Origin: Malacoraja senta | Taxonomy: Eukaryota | Length of the DNA stretch: 64,000 nucleotides | Assembly (NCBI GenBank): GCA_038087875.1 | Contig: CM075996.1 | Location: 10,170,001 to 10,234,000, forward strand | Direction of reading: 5' to 3' | Shown here: piece by piece, positions 1 through 11,535 of the stretch | How the letters are laid out: each line of letters begins with the position of its first letter | How positions within the stretch are numbered: the stretch's first letter is position 1 | Translations under genes and position numbers: made by a program | The notes under the pieces: generated by a model | Database searches by the model: none | What the model saw: the letters and a program-made list of their open reading frames with translations, nothing else | What the model was told of the DNA's origin: nothing

Positions 1-145
1 TTTCTAAAGCAGAGATAGATAGATTCTTCATTAGTACATGTGTCAGGGGTTATGGGGAGAAGGCAGGAGAATGGTGTTAAGAGGGAATGATTGATTGAAT
101 GGCAGAGTAGACTTGCTGGGCTGAATGACCTAATTCTGCTCCTAT
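1..145 (+). mobile_element. CR1 LINE 3' end fragment
   Basis: KAEIDRFFISTCVRGYGEKAGEW-type ORF2 end plus 3' UTR hairpin, similar to other CR1 ends in the window. Confidence 0.8.
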
Positions 146-509
146 GATAGAGACAAAATGCTGGAGTAACTCAGCGGTATACTGGTCATTGCAGGCCATT
201 GAGTTCTTCTGAAGAAGGGTCTCGACCCGAAATGTCAACCGAAACGTGAAGGAATTCCCTGCCTGTCTGTGTGTGTGTTGAAGATAGAAGCAAAATGCTG
301 GAGTAACTCAGCAGCAAAGGCAACATCTCTGGAGAGAAGGAATGGGTGATGTTTTGGGTGGAGACCCTTCTTCAGACTGATGAGAGTGTGTATTTTTATG
401 TGTGCCTTGTGTGTGTATTTATGTGTGTCCGTGCATGCTGTGCACATACTTATGTGTGTTTTGTGTGAGTACGTGCCACGTGTGTGTACATATGTGTGTA
501 TTATGTGTA

Positions 510-712
510 GGTAGACTCAAAATGCTGGAGTAATTCAGTGGGACAGGCAGCATCTCTGGATGAGACGAATGGGTGACATTTCAGGTCGAGTCCCTTCTTC
601 AGACCCGAAACCTCACCCATTCCATTCTCTCCAGAGATGCTGCCTGTCCTGCTGAGTTATTCCAGCATTTTGCGTCTGCCTCCAGTGTAAACCAGCATCT
701 GCAGTTCCTTCA
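510..712. mobile_element. Penelope-derived fold-back short element with hammerhead-like motif
   Basis: Inverted arms (aaaatgctggagtaa...gggtgac / cacccattcc...tccagcatttt) around ccttcttcagacccgaaac. Confidence 0.75.
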
Positions 713-904
713 AGCACAATTCTGCTCATATCACTTATGAACAATTGTGACCAGTCAGATCCTGCAAATGGCTGTTTGACAATCTGTTTGGATATCGGTG
801 AGGGAGAAATATTACACATGTACCCAGGAACAACGTTTATGCTGTTCTCCTGTGCTGTCGCTGTAAGATTTTTTCAATGGGGGCAGAAGGGGCCTTTAGT
901 GTAA

Positions 905-2232
905 TGGCCATTTAGTGGGCATGGGTCGGTGCCACGGAGACGTCCGGAGAGGACCCAGCGGCAATAGTGGAGAGGTCTGTGCAGCCGTCGATGATGGCGT
1001 TGACCGACAGACGCACCGCGTGAAAGTGAGGACGCCACTGCCGAAGAAAGTTACAAAGGAGGAGCCGGCGTGGGGGGACAACAATAATAATAATAATAAT
1101 GGCTTTTATTTATGGGCGCCTTATACCGAGGTCTAAAGGACACCTTACAGAGATTATAGGAAACATATAATCAGAATAAAATAAATTACAAAGACCAAAG
1201 AATTCTTTCCAAAGACACAAAATAAGAAAATCAGAAACACAATTTGAGGAGAGAGCAGCGGCAGCTAAACCGCGCCAGCGTCCACTCTCCCCTCCGACCG
1301 CCATCTTGAACACAGACTAACATTGACACAACACACAAAAACCATCCCCCCACAATGATCTCCACTGTGGGGGAAGGCACAATGTCCAGTCCCCAACCCC
1401 AGTTCACCCAAAAGTCGGGCTAAATGAGGCCTCCGCTATTGCCTCTACGGAGGCCCGATGTTCCTGGCCGTTCTCGCCGGGTGATGTTTCCCCTGCGTCG
1501 GGAGAGTCCTCTCAGCGGCTGGGCCACCTGGAACGGCCGCATTCCTCACCGGAGGCCGCAGCTACGGCTGGAACGGCTGATTTCCTGCCGGCGTCCGTGG
1601 TACCTGAAGCCAACAAGGCCGCGCCGATTTGGAGCTCAAAGGCTCCCGATGTTGGAGTCGGCGCCGCCGCCCGCGGCTGGTCGCTCCACAATCCCGCAGC
1701 CCGGAGGTGTTGAGCTCGGCGGTCCAGCTCACCGGAGCTCCAGCGCGTCGATCCAGTGCATCGACCCAGGCAAGGCATCGCCCGCTCCGCTCCGCGATAG
1801 CGCTACAGCGCTGTGCCGCCACCGAAGCTGAGGGTGCTGTGCGGTCCCCGCCAGGAAACGCCGCTCCACGCCCGCTGGTAGGCCGCAAGGATGGGTCGAC
1901 TGGGCAGCTGGAGAGAAAGCTGCCTCACCGACCAGGTAGGGACCTAGAAATGATTTCCCCCTAACCCCCCCATATTAAAAGGTAAATTCTCCAAAAACAG
2001 AGACAGAAAAGAAACTAAAAAAACTAAGAAAAAAGTGCATTTAACGGACGGCTGCTGTTTAGCAGCCGTTCCTCAAGATGGCTCCTCCTCCTCGGGGGGG
2101 GGGGTGGGGGAACAAAGGAGGACGTGGCGCAGGAGTACTTTGTAACTTTGTAAGTACCCTTTCCGGCGACTATTTCCATACCGTGGGTATGCAAGCAAAG
2201 AATTTCACTGTGACAATAAAGTATTCATTCAT
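905..2232 (+). mobile_element. Non-autonomous retroposon with Rex-like tail, interrupted by an insertion at ~1083-2093
   Basis: 905-1080 plus 2094-2232 align with 46790-47090 (+) and 54600-54780 (-); ends gcaagcaaagaatttcactgtgacaataaagtattcattc. Confidence 0.6.
1083..2093 (-). mobile_element. CpG-rich unclassified non-autonomous retroposon (composite)
   Basis: (AAT)n tail at 1083-1100; body shares cactgtgg..gaaggcaca motif with the element at 25000-25692. Confidence 0.5.
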
Positions 2233-2342
2233 AATAGCTCATTCACAGGGAAACATATGCAGATCAGAGAGATGCACTGTTAATTCTCTACTATCTGTCT
2301 GTGTTTGGACTGCCTCACTCCACTGCTCAAATGTGCTCAAAA

Positions 2343-3016
2343 AGAGTCATAGAGAGTCATAGAGTGGAAACAGGTCCTTCGACCCAACTTGCCCACACAT
2401 GCCATCATTGTCCCAGCTACACTAGTCCTACTTGCCTGCGCTTGGTCCATATCCCTCCAAACCTGTCCTATCCATGTACCTGTCTAACTGTTTCTTAAAT
2501 GATGGGATCGTCTCAGCCTCAACCACCTCCTGCGACAGCTTGTTCCATACACCCACCACCCTTTGTGTGAGAAAGTTACCCCTTGGATTCCTATTAAATC
2601 TTTTCCCCTTCATCTTGAACCTATGTCCTCTCGTCCTTGATTCCCCTACTCTGGGCAAAAGACTCTGTGCATCTACCTGATCTATTCCTCTCATGATCTT
2701 ATACACCATAAGATTACACCTTATCCTCCTGCGCTCCATGGAATAGAGACCCAGCCTACTCCACCTCTCCCTTTAGCTCACACCCTCTAGTCCTGGCAAC
2801 ATACTCGTAAATCTTTTCTGAACCCTTTCAAGCTTGACAATATTTTTCCTATAACATGGTACCCTGAACTGAACACAATATTCTAAATGCAGTCTCACCA
2901 ATGTCTTATGCAACTGCAACATGACCAACTTCTATACTAAATACTCTGACTGATGAAGGCCAAAGAGCCAAAAGCCTTTTTGACCACATTATCTACCTGT
3001 GACTCGACCTTCAAGT
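2343..3016 (-). mobile_element. CR1 LINE, 5'-truncated, decayed
   Basis: RTRGHRFKMKGKRF...TQRVVGVWNKL...YGPSAGK; (gactctat)n tail. Confidence 0.9.
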
Positions 3017-3203
3017 AACGAGTGCAGAATTCGGAGCCTCTCATCTTGGAAGACAGATGGATAACAGTGTAGCAAAGTGTACAGTCATGCATTTTAGGGG
3101 TGTAAATAAAGGCGCAGACTTGTTTCTAAATGGGGATTGTATTCAGAAATCGGAGGTGCAAAGGGACTTGGGAGTGCTGGTGCAGTTCCCAAAAGGGTAA
3201 TTT

Positions 3204-3339
3204 TGGGAACTGAAGAAGGGTTTCGGCCCGAAACGTTGCCTATTTCCTTCGCTCCATAGATGCTGCTGCACCCGGTGAGTTTCTCCAGCATTTTTGTGTA
3301 CCTTCGATTTTCCAGCATCTGCAGTTCCTTCTTTAACAC
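3204..3339 (+). mobile_element. Short Penelope-derived insertion with minimal hammerhead motif
   Basis: CTGAAGA-AGGGTTTCGGCCC-GAAACGTT at ~3210-3237; flanked by 10-bp direct repeat AGGGTAATTT (3194-3203, 3340-3349). Confidence 0.8.
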
Positions 3340-3480
3340 AGGGTAATTTGCAAGTTCAATCGGTAGTAAAGAAGGCAAGCGCAATGTTAGCATTTATTTC
3401 GAGAGGACGAGAATATAAAAACAAAGATGTAATGCTGAGGTTTTATAAGGCGCTGGTCAGATCGCTCTTTTTATTTTTTT

Positions 3481-3779
3481 AGTTTGGAGATACAGCGCAG
3501 AAACAGGCCCTTCGGCCCACCGAGTCCGCACCGACCAGCGATCCCCGCACATTAGCACTATCCTATATACACTAGGGACAATTTATACATACTCCAAACC
3601 AATTAACCTACATACCTGGACGTCTTTGGCATGTGGGAGGAAGAAAATGCACGCGGTCACGGGGAGAACGTACAAACTCCGTCCAAACAGCAGCCCCCGT
3701 AGTCGGGATCGAACCCGGGTCTGCGGCGCTGCAAGCACTGTAAGGCAGCAACTCTACAGTTGCGCCACAGCGGCCACCC
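3481..3779 (-). mobile_element. tRNA-derived V-SINE (HE1-like)
   Basis: Pol III A/B boxes (tggcgcaactgtag; ggttcgatccc), V-domain-like core, CR1-like tail ggccgaagggcctgtt. Confidence 0.85.
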
Positions 3780-4066
3780 TATGACTTGGAGCAGTGTGAG
3801 CAGTTTTGGGTCCCATATCTGAGGAATGATGTGCTGACATTGTAGAGGGTCCAGAGGAGGTTTTCGAGAATGATCCCAGGAATGAGTGGGTTAACATATG
3901 ATGAGTGTTTGACTGTGCTGGACCTGTACTTGCTGGAGTTTAGAAGAACGAGGGGAGACCTCATTGAAACTTACCGAATAGTGAAAGGCCTGGATGGAGT
4001 GAATGTGGAGAGGATGTTTCCACCAGTGCAAGAGTCTAGAACCAGAGGACATAACCTCAGAATAAA

Positions 4067-5820
4067 TACATACGCATGTGGCAAGGCATCCAGGCCATCA
4101 CGGACTTTAGACCCACCAACACCACATCCAGCAACACCTCCTTCCTTGAGGAGCTTAACCACTTCTATGGCCGCTTTGACAAGGACAATCTAGAGATGGC
4201 CATCAAGGCGGTGCTCCCTGCCGATCACCAGCCCCTCACACTCACCCCCTACGACGTGTACGTGGCACTGAGTAGGACTAATGCACGGAAGGCTGCTGGT
4301 CCTGACGGCATCCCCGGGCGCGTCCTCAGGGCCTGTGCTGCGCAGCTGACAGACGTCTGGACTGACATCTTCAACCTGTCACTTGCCCAAGGAGTTGTGC
4401 CCACGTGCCTTAAATCCACCTCCATCGTGCCGGTGCCAAAACACTCCACTGCGGCGAGCCTCAACGACTTCCGCCCAGTTGCACTTACTCCCATCATCGC
4501 CAAGTGCTTCGAGAGGCTGGTCCTGGCACACCTCAAAGGCTGCCTACCCCCCACATTGGATCCCTATCAGTTTGCCTACCGCAAGAACAGGAGTACGGAG
4601 GATGCCATCTCAACGGCACTTCACTCCGCCCTCTCCCACCTCGACAACAGAGACACTTACGTAAGAATGCTGTTCATCGATTACAGCTCAGCATTCAACA
4701 CCATCATACCCTCTAAACTGATCACCAAACTCGGTGACCTGGGCATCGACCCCTCCCTCTGCAACTGGATACTGGACTTTCTAACCAACAGACCCCAGTC
4801 TGTTAGGTTAGACAAGCACACCTCTTCAACCCTCACCCTGAACACCGGCGTTCCACAGGGCTGTGTGCTGAGCCCCCTCCTCTACTCCCTCTTCACCTAC
4901 GACTGCAAACCTGTACATGGTACTAACACCATCATCAAGTATGCAGATGATACAATGGTGATTGGCCTCATCAGCAACAACGATGAGTTGGCCTATAGGG
5001 AGGAGGTCCAGCTCCTAGCAGCATGGTGCGCTGACAACAACCTGGCCCTTAACTCCAAGAAGACCAAGGAGCTCATTGTAGACTTCAGGAAGTCTAGGGG
5101 CGGCATGCACACCCCCATCCACATTAACGGGACGGAGGTGGAACGTGTTTCCAGCTTCAGGTTCCTGGGGGTCAACATCTCCGATGACCTCTCTTGGACC
5201 CACAATACCTCAACTCTGGTCAAGAAGGCTCACCAGCGTTTCTTCTTCCTGAGGAGACTAAAGAAGGTCCATCTGTCTCCTCAGATTCTGGTGAACTTCT
5301 ACCGCTGCACCATCGAGAGCATCCTTACCAACTGTATGACAGTATGGTATGGCAACTGCTCTGTCTCCGACCGGAAAGCACTGCAGAGGGTGGTGAAAAC
5401 TGCCCAACGCATCACCGGTTCCTCACTCCCCTCCATTGAGTCTGTCCAAAGCAAGCGTTGTCTGCGAAGGGCGCTCAGCATCGCCAAGGACTGCTCTCAC
5501 CCCAACCACAGACTGTTTACCCTCCTACCATCCGGAAGGCGCTACAGGTCTCTCCGTTGCCGGACCAGCAGGTCCAGGAACAGCTTCTTCCCTGCGGCTG
5601 TTACACTACTCAACACTGTACCTCGGTGACTGCCAATCACCCCCCCACCCCCCGGACACTCCTCCCACCAGGAAAAATACTATGACTGTATGCACGTAAA
5701 TAGATTTATTTATTGCTCATATTTATGTCGCTCTTCTAGGGAGATGCTAACTGCATTTCATTGTCTCTGTACTGTACACTGCACAATGACAATAAAGTTG
5801 AATCTGAATCTGAATCTGAT
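4067..5820 (+). mobile_element. Rex1/Babar LINE, 5'-truncated
   Basis: Uninterrupted RT ORF; 3' aataaa followed by (gaatct)n tail at 5791-5819; sits inside a CR1. Confidence 0.9.
4076..5629 (+). CDS. Rex1/Babar reverse transcriptase (517 aa, endonuclease domain missing)
   Basis: [50 protein letters not shown] motifs. Confidence 0.85.
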   Translation: MWQGIQAITDFRPTNTTSSNTSFLEELNHFYGRFDKDNLEMAIKAVLPADHQPLTLTPYDVYVALSRTNARKAAGPDGIPGRVLRACAAQLTDVWTDIFNLSLAQGVVPTCLKSTSIVPVPKHSTAASLNDFRPVALTPIIAKCFERLVLAHLKGCLPPTLDPYQFAYRKNRSTEDAISTALHSALSHLDNRDTYVRMLFIDYSSAFNTIIPSKLITKLGDLGIDPSLCNWILDFLTNRPQSVRLDKHTSSTLTLNTGVPQGCVLSPLLYSLFTYDCKPVHGTNTIIKYADDTMVIGLISNNDELAYREEVQLLAAWCADNNLALNSKKTKELIVDFRKSRGGMHTPIHINGTEVERVSSFRFLGVNISDDLSWTHNTSTLVKKAHQRFFFLRRLKKVHLSPQILVNFYRCTIESILTNCMTVWYGNCSVSDRKALQRVVKTAQRITGSSLPSIESVQSKRCLRRALSIAKDCSHPNHRLFTLLPSGRRYRSLRCRTSRSRNSFFPAAVTLLNTVPR

Positions 5821-6792
5821 AACTTTAGAAAGAAGATGTGGAGGAATTTCTTCAGCGAGAGGGTAGTGAATCTGGAATTCATTGCCACGGACGGCACTGG
5901 AGGTGGCACTGGAGTTTTAAGGTGGATATTAACAAATTCTTGATTCATAATGGTGTCAGAGGTTATAGGGAGAAGGCAGGAGAATGGGGTTAGGAGGGAA
6001 AGATAGATCAGCCATGATAGAATGGTGGAGTAGACTCGGTGGGCCAAATGGCCTAATTCTGCTCCCATGACTTATTGAGGCCATGTACATTTAACCTGAA
6101 CATTTGTTAATGCTGATATTCTGATTCCCACAGCTTTGACTGCCTTCCCCTCAACTCACTGGGACTACCGCATCAGGTACAGTGGAACATCACCATCTCT
6201 CCGTTCCACTCCAGTTCAGGATGTCCCAATGTTGGTCCACGTCGCTATACCTTCAGCACAGCGGGATTGCGATCCTCGATCTATCTGGCAAGCTAAACTG
6301 TGAAAACAGCTTCACCCTAAGTAATGCAGCAGTTCAAGATATTTCAGATATTGAAACAACCTTTTCATTGCATTCTGCGGGAAATTTATTCCAACTGGAA
6401 ACAGGGGGTCCCAAGAGAAGAAGTGTCATTTTCAGAAGGGATGTGACAAGCCTGGTGCACAAAATGGGGTTGAGAGGGAAAGATAGATCAGCCATGATTG
6501 AATGGTGGAGTAGACTTGATGGGCCGTTAAGGCCATCTAGATCTGAATTAGGGTCTTGCCCCGAAACGTCGCCCATTCCTTCTATCCAGAGATGCTGCCT
6601 GTCCTGTAGAGTTACTCCAGCCTTTTGTGTCTATCTTTAGTGTGAACCAGCATCTGCTGATCTTTCCTACACAAAATAAGGTCACGGTATCTGGAAAAGT
6701 ACGTTAGCATGGCTTGAATACGGCTTATAAAAACAGAAGTAACTGGTATTTCTCAGGCTGAAATGCAAGTCGTGGATTGCCCCAAGATCAGC

Positions 6793-7069
6793 TTAGTTTA
6801 GAGTTACAGCGTGAAAACAGGCCCTTCGGCCCACCGAGTCCACACTGACCAGGGATCTCCACACACACACTAGGGACAATTTTATATTTTATACCAAGCC
6901 AATTAACCTACAAACCTGCACGTCTTTGGAGTGTGGGGGGAAACTAGATCTCAGAGAAAATCTATGCAGGTAATGGGGAGAATTTACAGACAGCACCCGT
7001 AGTCTGGATCGAATTCTAGTCTCTGGCACTGCAATGCAGTAGTTCTACTGCTGCGCCACCATGCCGCCC
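6793..7069 (-). mobile_element. V-SINE (HE1-like)
   Basis: Same head, core and tail as 3481-3779. Confidence 0.8.
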
Positions 7070-7123
7070 ATTCTTTACTTTTGATTGCTGTTCATGATCT
7101 GCGAGGGAGAAGAGTGGAACCTA

Positions 7124-7323
7124 AGATCGACACAACAGCTGGAGTAACTCAGCAGGCCAGGCAGCATCTCTGGAGAGAAAGAATGCAAGACGATTCGGGT
7201 TGAGACCCTTTTTTTGGTGGAACCAGTCTAAAGAAGGGTTTCGGCCCGAAACGTTGCCTATCACCTTCGCTCCATAGACGCTGCTGCACCCACTGAGTTT
7301 CTCCAGCATTTTTGTGTAGCTTC
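7124..7323. mobile_element. Fold-back Penelope-derived hammerhead unit
   Basis: Two inverted arms; 11-bp direct repeat AGTGGAACCTA at 7113-7123 and 7324-7334. Confidence 0.8.
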
Positions 7324-7780
7324 AGTGGAACCTAGGCAGGTTTGGCAACAGCACAATATTTATATACTCATTTATTTACACCGGTCATGATATATTTACA
7401 GTAAACTCCGCTGTGTAGGCAGCAAAGACATAGCATAAACATTGCTTTTTCACTGGAACAAATTCTTAAAGGAGTAGATATTCCTTAGAAATAGGAACGA
7501 TGGGTAAGATGGACACCAGAACAAAGGTGATAATGTTGCATTCCCCAGTATAAATATCAAAGATAGACACAAAATGCTGGAGTAACTCAGCGGGTTCAGG
7601 GAGCATCTCTGGAGGCAAAAGGTAGAATCAGGTGTAAGCCCATATGAAATACATAGTTGCAAACTTTAATTTAGTTTAGAGATACAGCATGAAAACAAAC
7701 AAAAACCATGGTATCACATCCACCCACCACCATAATACAAAATCACCAAATTATCTTATGCACTAAATTATTCAAATAAC

Positions 7781-7920
7781 TATAATACAATTCTTATTCT
7801 GGATACATTCCACTCCCGCAGTGCCCAGAGGTCCCGGAAATCCCCCAGAGTGCCCGTGGACAACGCGTAGTCCCTCTCCAGTATCACCCGGGTGCAGACA
7901 TTACCCCGGCAAAGTGGCAC
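7781..7920 (-). mobile_element. Tx1 (L1-clade) 3' fragment
   Basis: Minus-strand RVILERDYALSTGTLGDFRDLWAL, resembling the Tx1 ORF2 C-terminus. Confidence 0.65.
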
Positions 7921-8340
7921 AGAATCTCCCTTTGATGTGCATGGTGTCCCTTTCCTTTCCTGCAGGCCATCGAACCTTTTACCTCTTCAGATGGTCCTAC
8001 GACAATCATTAATCAAGCATCTCAGGAAGAGATTAGCAAATGCATTTCAATCGCACCCAGTGACAGTGAGGCAGATGTCCTTTTACCCTTTAGATCTAGT
8101 TTTATGATTTCTCTCACTTCAGGTAGCCCCGGCATTCCGTCTATTTCTATCCCTCCCCCACCCACGTCGCATTAGCTTCTATGTTTCTGTAGGGTTGCCC
8201 TTCTATGTTTCTATAGGGGCTAATGGAATCAAGGGATATGGGGAGAAGGCAGGCACGGTTTATTGATTGGAGACGATCAGCCATGATCACAATGAATGGC
8301 TGTGCTGGATCGAAATACCGAATGACCTCCTCCTGCACCT

Positions 8341-10615
8341 ATATAACCATATAACCATATAACCATTACAGCACGGAAACAGGACACCTCGGCCCTTCAA
8401 GTCCGTGCCGAACATTTAAAAAAAATATTTATTATTAAAAAAAAAAAAAAAAATACTTCCCCCTAGTCCCATCTACCTGCACTCAGACCATAACCCTCCA
8501 TTCCTTTCCCGTCCATATACCCATCCAATCTGTTTTTAAAGGATAAAATCGAACCAGCCTCCACCACTTCCACTGGAAGCTCATTCCACACAGCTACCAC
8601 TCTCTGAGTAAAGAAGTTCCCCCTAATGTTACCCCTAAACTTCTGTCCCTTAATTCTCAAGTCATGTCCCCTTGTTTGAATCTTCCCTACTCTCAATGGA
8701 AAAAGCTTATCCACGTCAACTCTGTCTAACCCGCTCATAATTTTAAAGACCTCTATCAAGTCCCCTCTTAACCTTCTGCGCTCCAAAGAATAAAGACTTA
8801 ACTTGTTCAACCTTTCTCTGTAACTTAGTTGCTGAAACCCAGGCAACATTCTAGTAAATCTCCTCTGTACTCTCTCTATTTTGTTGACATCCTTCCTATA
8901 ATTAGGCGACCAAAATTGTACTCCATATTCCAGAATTGGCCTCACCAATGCCTTGTACAATTTTAACATTACATCCCAACTTCTATATTCAATGCTCTGA
9001 TTTATAAAGGCCAGCACACCAAAAGCTTTCTTTACCACCCTATCTACATGAGATTCCACCTTCAGGGAACTATGCACAGTTATTCCTAGATCCCTCTGTT
9101 CAACTGCATTAATCAATTCTCTACCATTTACCATGTACGTCCTATTTTGATTTGTCCTGCCGAGATGTAGTACCTCACATTTATCAGCATTAAACTCCAT
9201 CTGCCATCTTTCAGCCCACTCTTCCAAATTGCCTAAATCTCTCTGTAGACTTTGAAAATCTACTTCATTATCCACCACACCACCTATCTTAGTATCATCT
9301 GCATACTTACTAATTCAATTTTCCACACCATCATCCAGATCATTGATGTACATGACAAACAACAGTGGACCCAACACAGACCCCTGAGGCACCCCACTAG
9401 TCACCGGCCTCCAACCTGACAAACAGCCATCCACCATTACTCTCTGGCATCTCCCATTCAGCCACTGTTGAATCCATCTTGCTACTCCACCATTAATACC
9501 CAACAATTTAATCTTCTTAACCAACCTTCCATGAGGAACCTTGTCAAAGGCCTTACTGAAGTCCATACAGACAACATCCACTGCTTTACCCTCATCAATT
9601 TCCCTAGTAACCTCTTCGAAAAATTCTAGAAGATTAGTCAAACATGACCTTCCAGGCACAAATCCATGTTGACTGTTCCTAATCAGATCCTGCTTATCCA
9701 GATGCTTATATATATTATCTCTAAGTGTCCTTTCCATTAATTTGCCCACAACTGACGTCAAACTAACAGGTCTATAATTGCTAGGTTTACTCTTAGAACC
9801 CTTTTTAAACAACGGAACAACATGCGCAGTATGCCAATCCTCCAGTACTATTCCCGTTTCTAATGACATTTGAAATATTTCTGTCATAGCCCCTGCTATT
9901 TCTACACTAACTTCCCTCAATGTCCTCGGGAATATCCTGTCAGGACCTGGAGACTTATCCGTTTTCATATTTTTCAAAAGTGTCCGCACCTCTTCTTTGA
10001 ATCTCATAGTTTCCATTGCTACTCTGCTTGTTTCCCTTACCTCACATAATTCCATATCCTTCTCCTTGGTGAATACCGAAGAAAAGAAATTGTTCAATAT
10101 CTCCCCCAGCTCTTTTGGCTCTGCAGATAGCTGTCCACTCTGACTCTCTAATGGACCAATTTTATTCCTTGTTATCCTTTTGCTATTAATATAGCTGTAG
10201 AAACCAGTTGGATTTACTTTCACCTTACTTGCCAAAGCAACCTCATATCTTCCTTTAGCTTTTCTAATTTCTTTCTTAATATTCTTTTTACATTCTTTAT
10301 ACTCCTCAAGCACCTCATTTACTCCATGCTGCCTATAATTATTGTAGGTCTCTCTCTTTTTCCGAACCGTGTCCAATTTCCCTTGAAAACCATGGCTCTT
10401 TCCAATTTTTACTATTTCCTTTCAACCGAACAGGGACATAAAGATTCTGTACTCTTAAAGTTTCACCTTTAAATGTCCTCCATTTCTCTTCTACATCCTT
10501 CCCATAAAACAACATGTCCCAATTCACTCTTTTTAAATCCATTCGCATCTCCTCAAAGTTAGCCTTTCTCCAATCAAAAATCTCAACCCTAGGTCCAGTT
10601 CTGACCCTCTCCATA
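8341..10615 (-). mobile_element. CR1 LINE subfamily B (GLSAGRWD end, (atggttat)n tail), 3' part
   Basis: RT ORFs 8463-9278 and 9315-10376; the frame continues at 18439 on the far side of the DIRS element. Confidence 0.95.
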
Positions 10616-11190
10616 ATTTTACTTCGGAGTCACATGAGTGACAACGTGAAGAAGACCCCGTCCAGCCGCACACGCGTCATATCGATCAGATGCATAGCGT
10701 TCATGACCATGTGTGGAGGAGCAGGAGCTCCTCCAGCCGGTGAGTAAAAAGCAAAGTTAAAGTAAAAGTCGGAAGGTAAGTGGTTTCATTTTCACTTACA
10801 GGGTGCTTTTCTTCCCGCTCAGACGTGTTGGTAGAAGTCCACACAAGTTACAATGGGAAAAGAGCGTAGGGGAAGGAGAGGACAGGGACGCACCGCAGGT
10901 AAAACCCCATATTCTAAGGGTAGCGGGCGTCAGGCAGAGGAGTCAGTGGCATCGAAGCCATTTAACTCCCGTTGCGGTCGAATGTGCTGTTAAACCGCCG
11001 ACGGCGGGGCGCAAGGCTGGACAAAAGTCGGCCCGACCTGTAGACTCGGATGAGTCAGACCCGGAGGTATACCCTCCTGAAGCAGAAAATATTATGGCTG
11101 CAAGGGTCGCTAGATTAGAGCTCCTGAGGGGAAAAATGATTTACAAAGAACTCCCACAGGAGGATTTAGGTCGGTGTTGGCCAATAGAGG

Positions 11191-11283
11191 ATACATACAT
11201 AGAATACATAGGTACATAGAAAATAGGTGCAGGAGTAGGCCATTCGGCCCTTCGAGCCTGCACCGCCATTCAATATGATCATC
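11191..11283 (-). mobile_element. CR1 subfamily A 3' tail only, inside DIRS
   Basis: catagaaaataggtgcaggagtaggccattcggcccttcgagcc. Confidence 0.85.
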
Positions 11284-11317
11284 ACAGGGTGTGCCTTGGA
11301 TGGGACAGGCACAAGGG

Positions 11318-11535
11318 TGGCCTACATGAGAGCCATCAGAAATACCTGTGCAAAGCTATTACAGTGGTTGGCCTACAGGAGAGCCAGTGCCAGAAATGCC
11401 CGCAAAAAAAATAAATATATATATATATATATATATAGATATGTGCTGGCCTACAGGAGAGCCAGTGCCAGAAATGCCTGTAAAAAGGCAATATATGTGC
11501 TGGCCTACTGAGAGCCAGTACCAGAAATGTCTGAG
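11318..11535 (+). repeat. Degenerate ~55-bp tandem repeat (ggcctacaggagagccagtgccagaaatg) with a (TA)n expansion
   Basis: Four copies visible, with a further partial copy near 11657. Confidence 0.8.

Larger units (their letters stand above)
3060..6075 (+). mobile_element. Old CR1 LINE 3' half, split by a hammerhead unit, a SINE and a Rex element
   Basis: Collinear CR1 ORF2 pieces at 3060-3460, 3785-4066 and 5820-6075. Confidence 0.8.

Noticed and set aside
1424..1964. Overlapping GC-rich ORFs or a CpG-island promoter
   Set aside because: Within an interspersed repeat; ORFs on both strands reflect GC content
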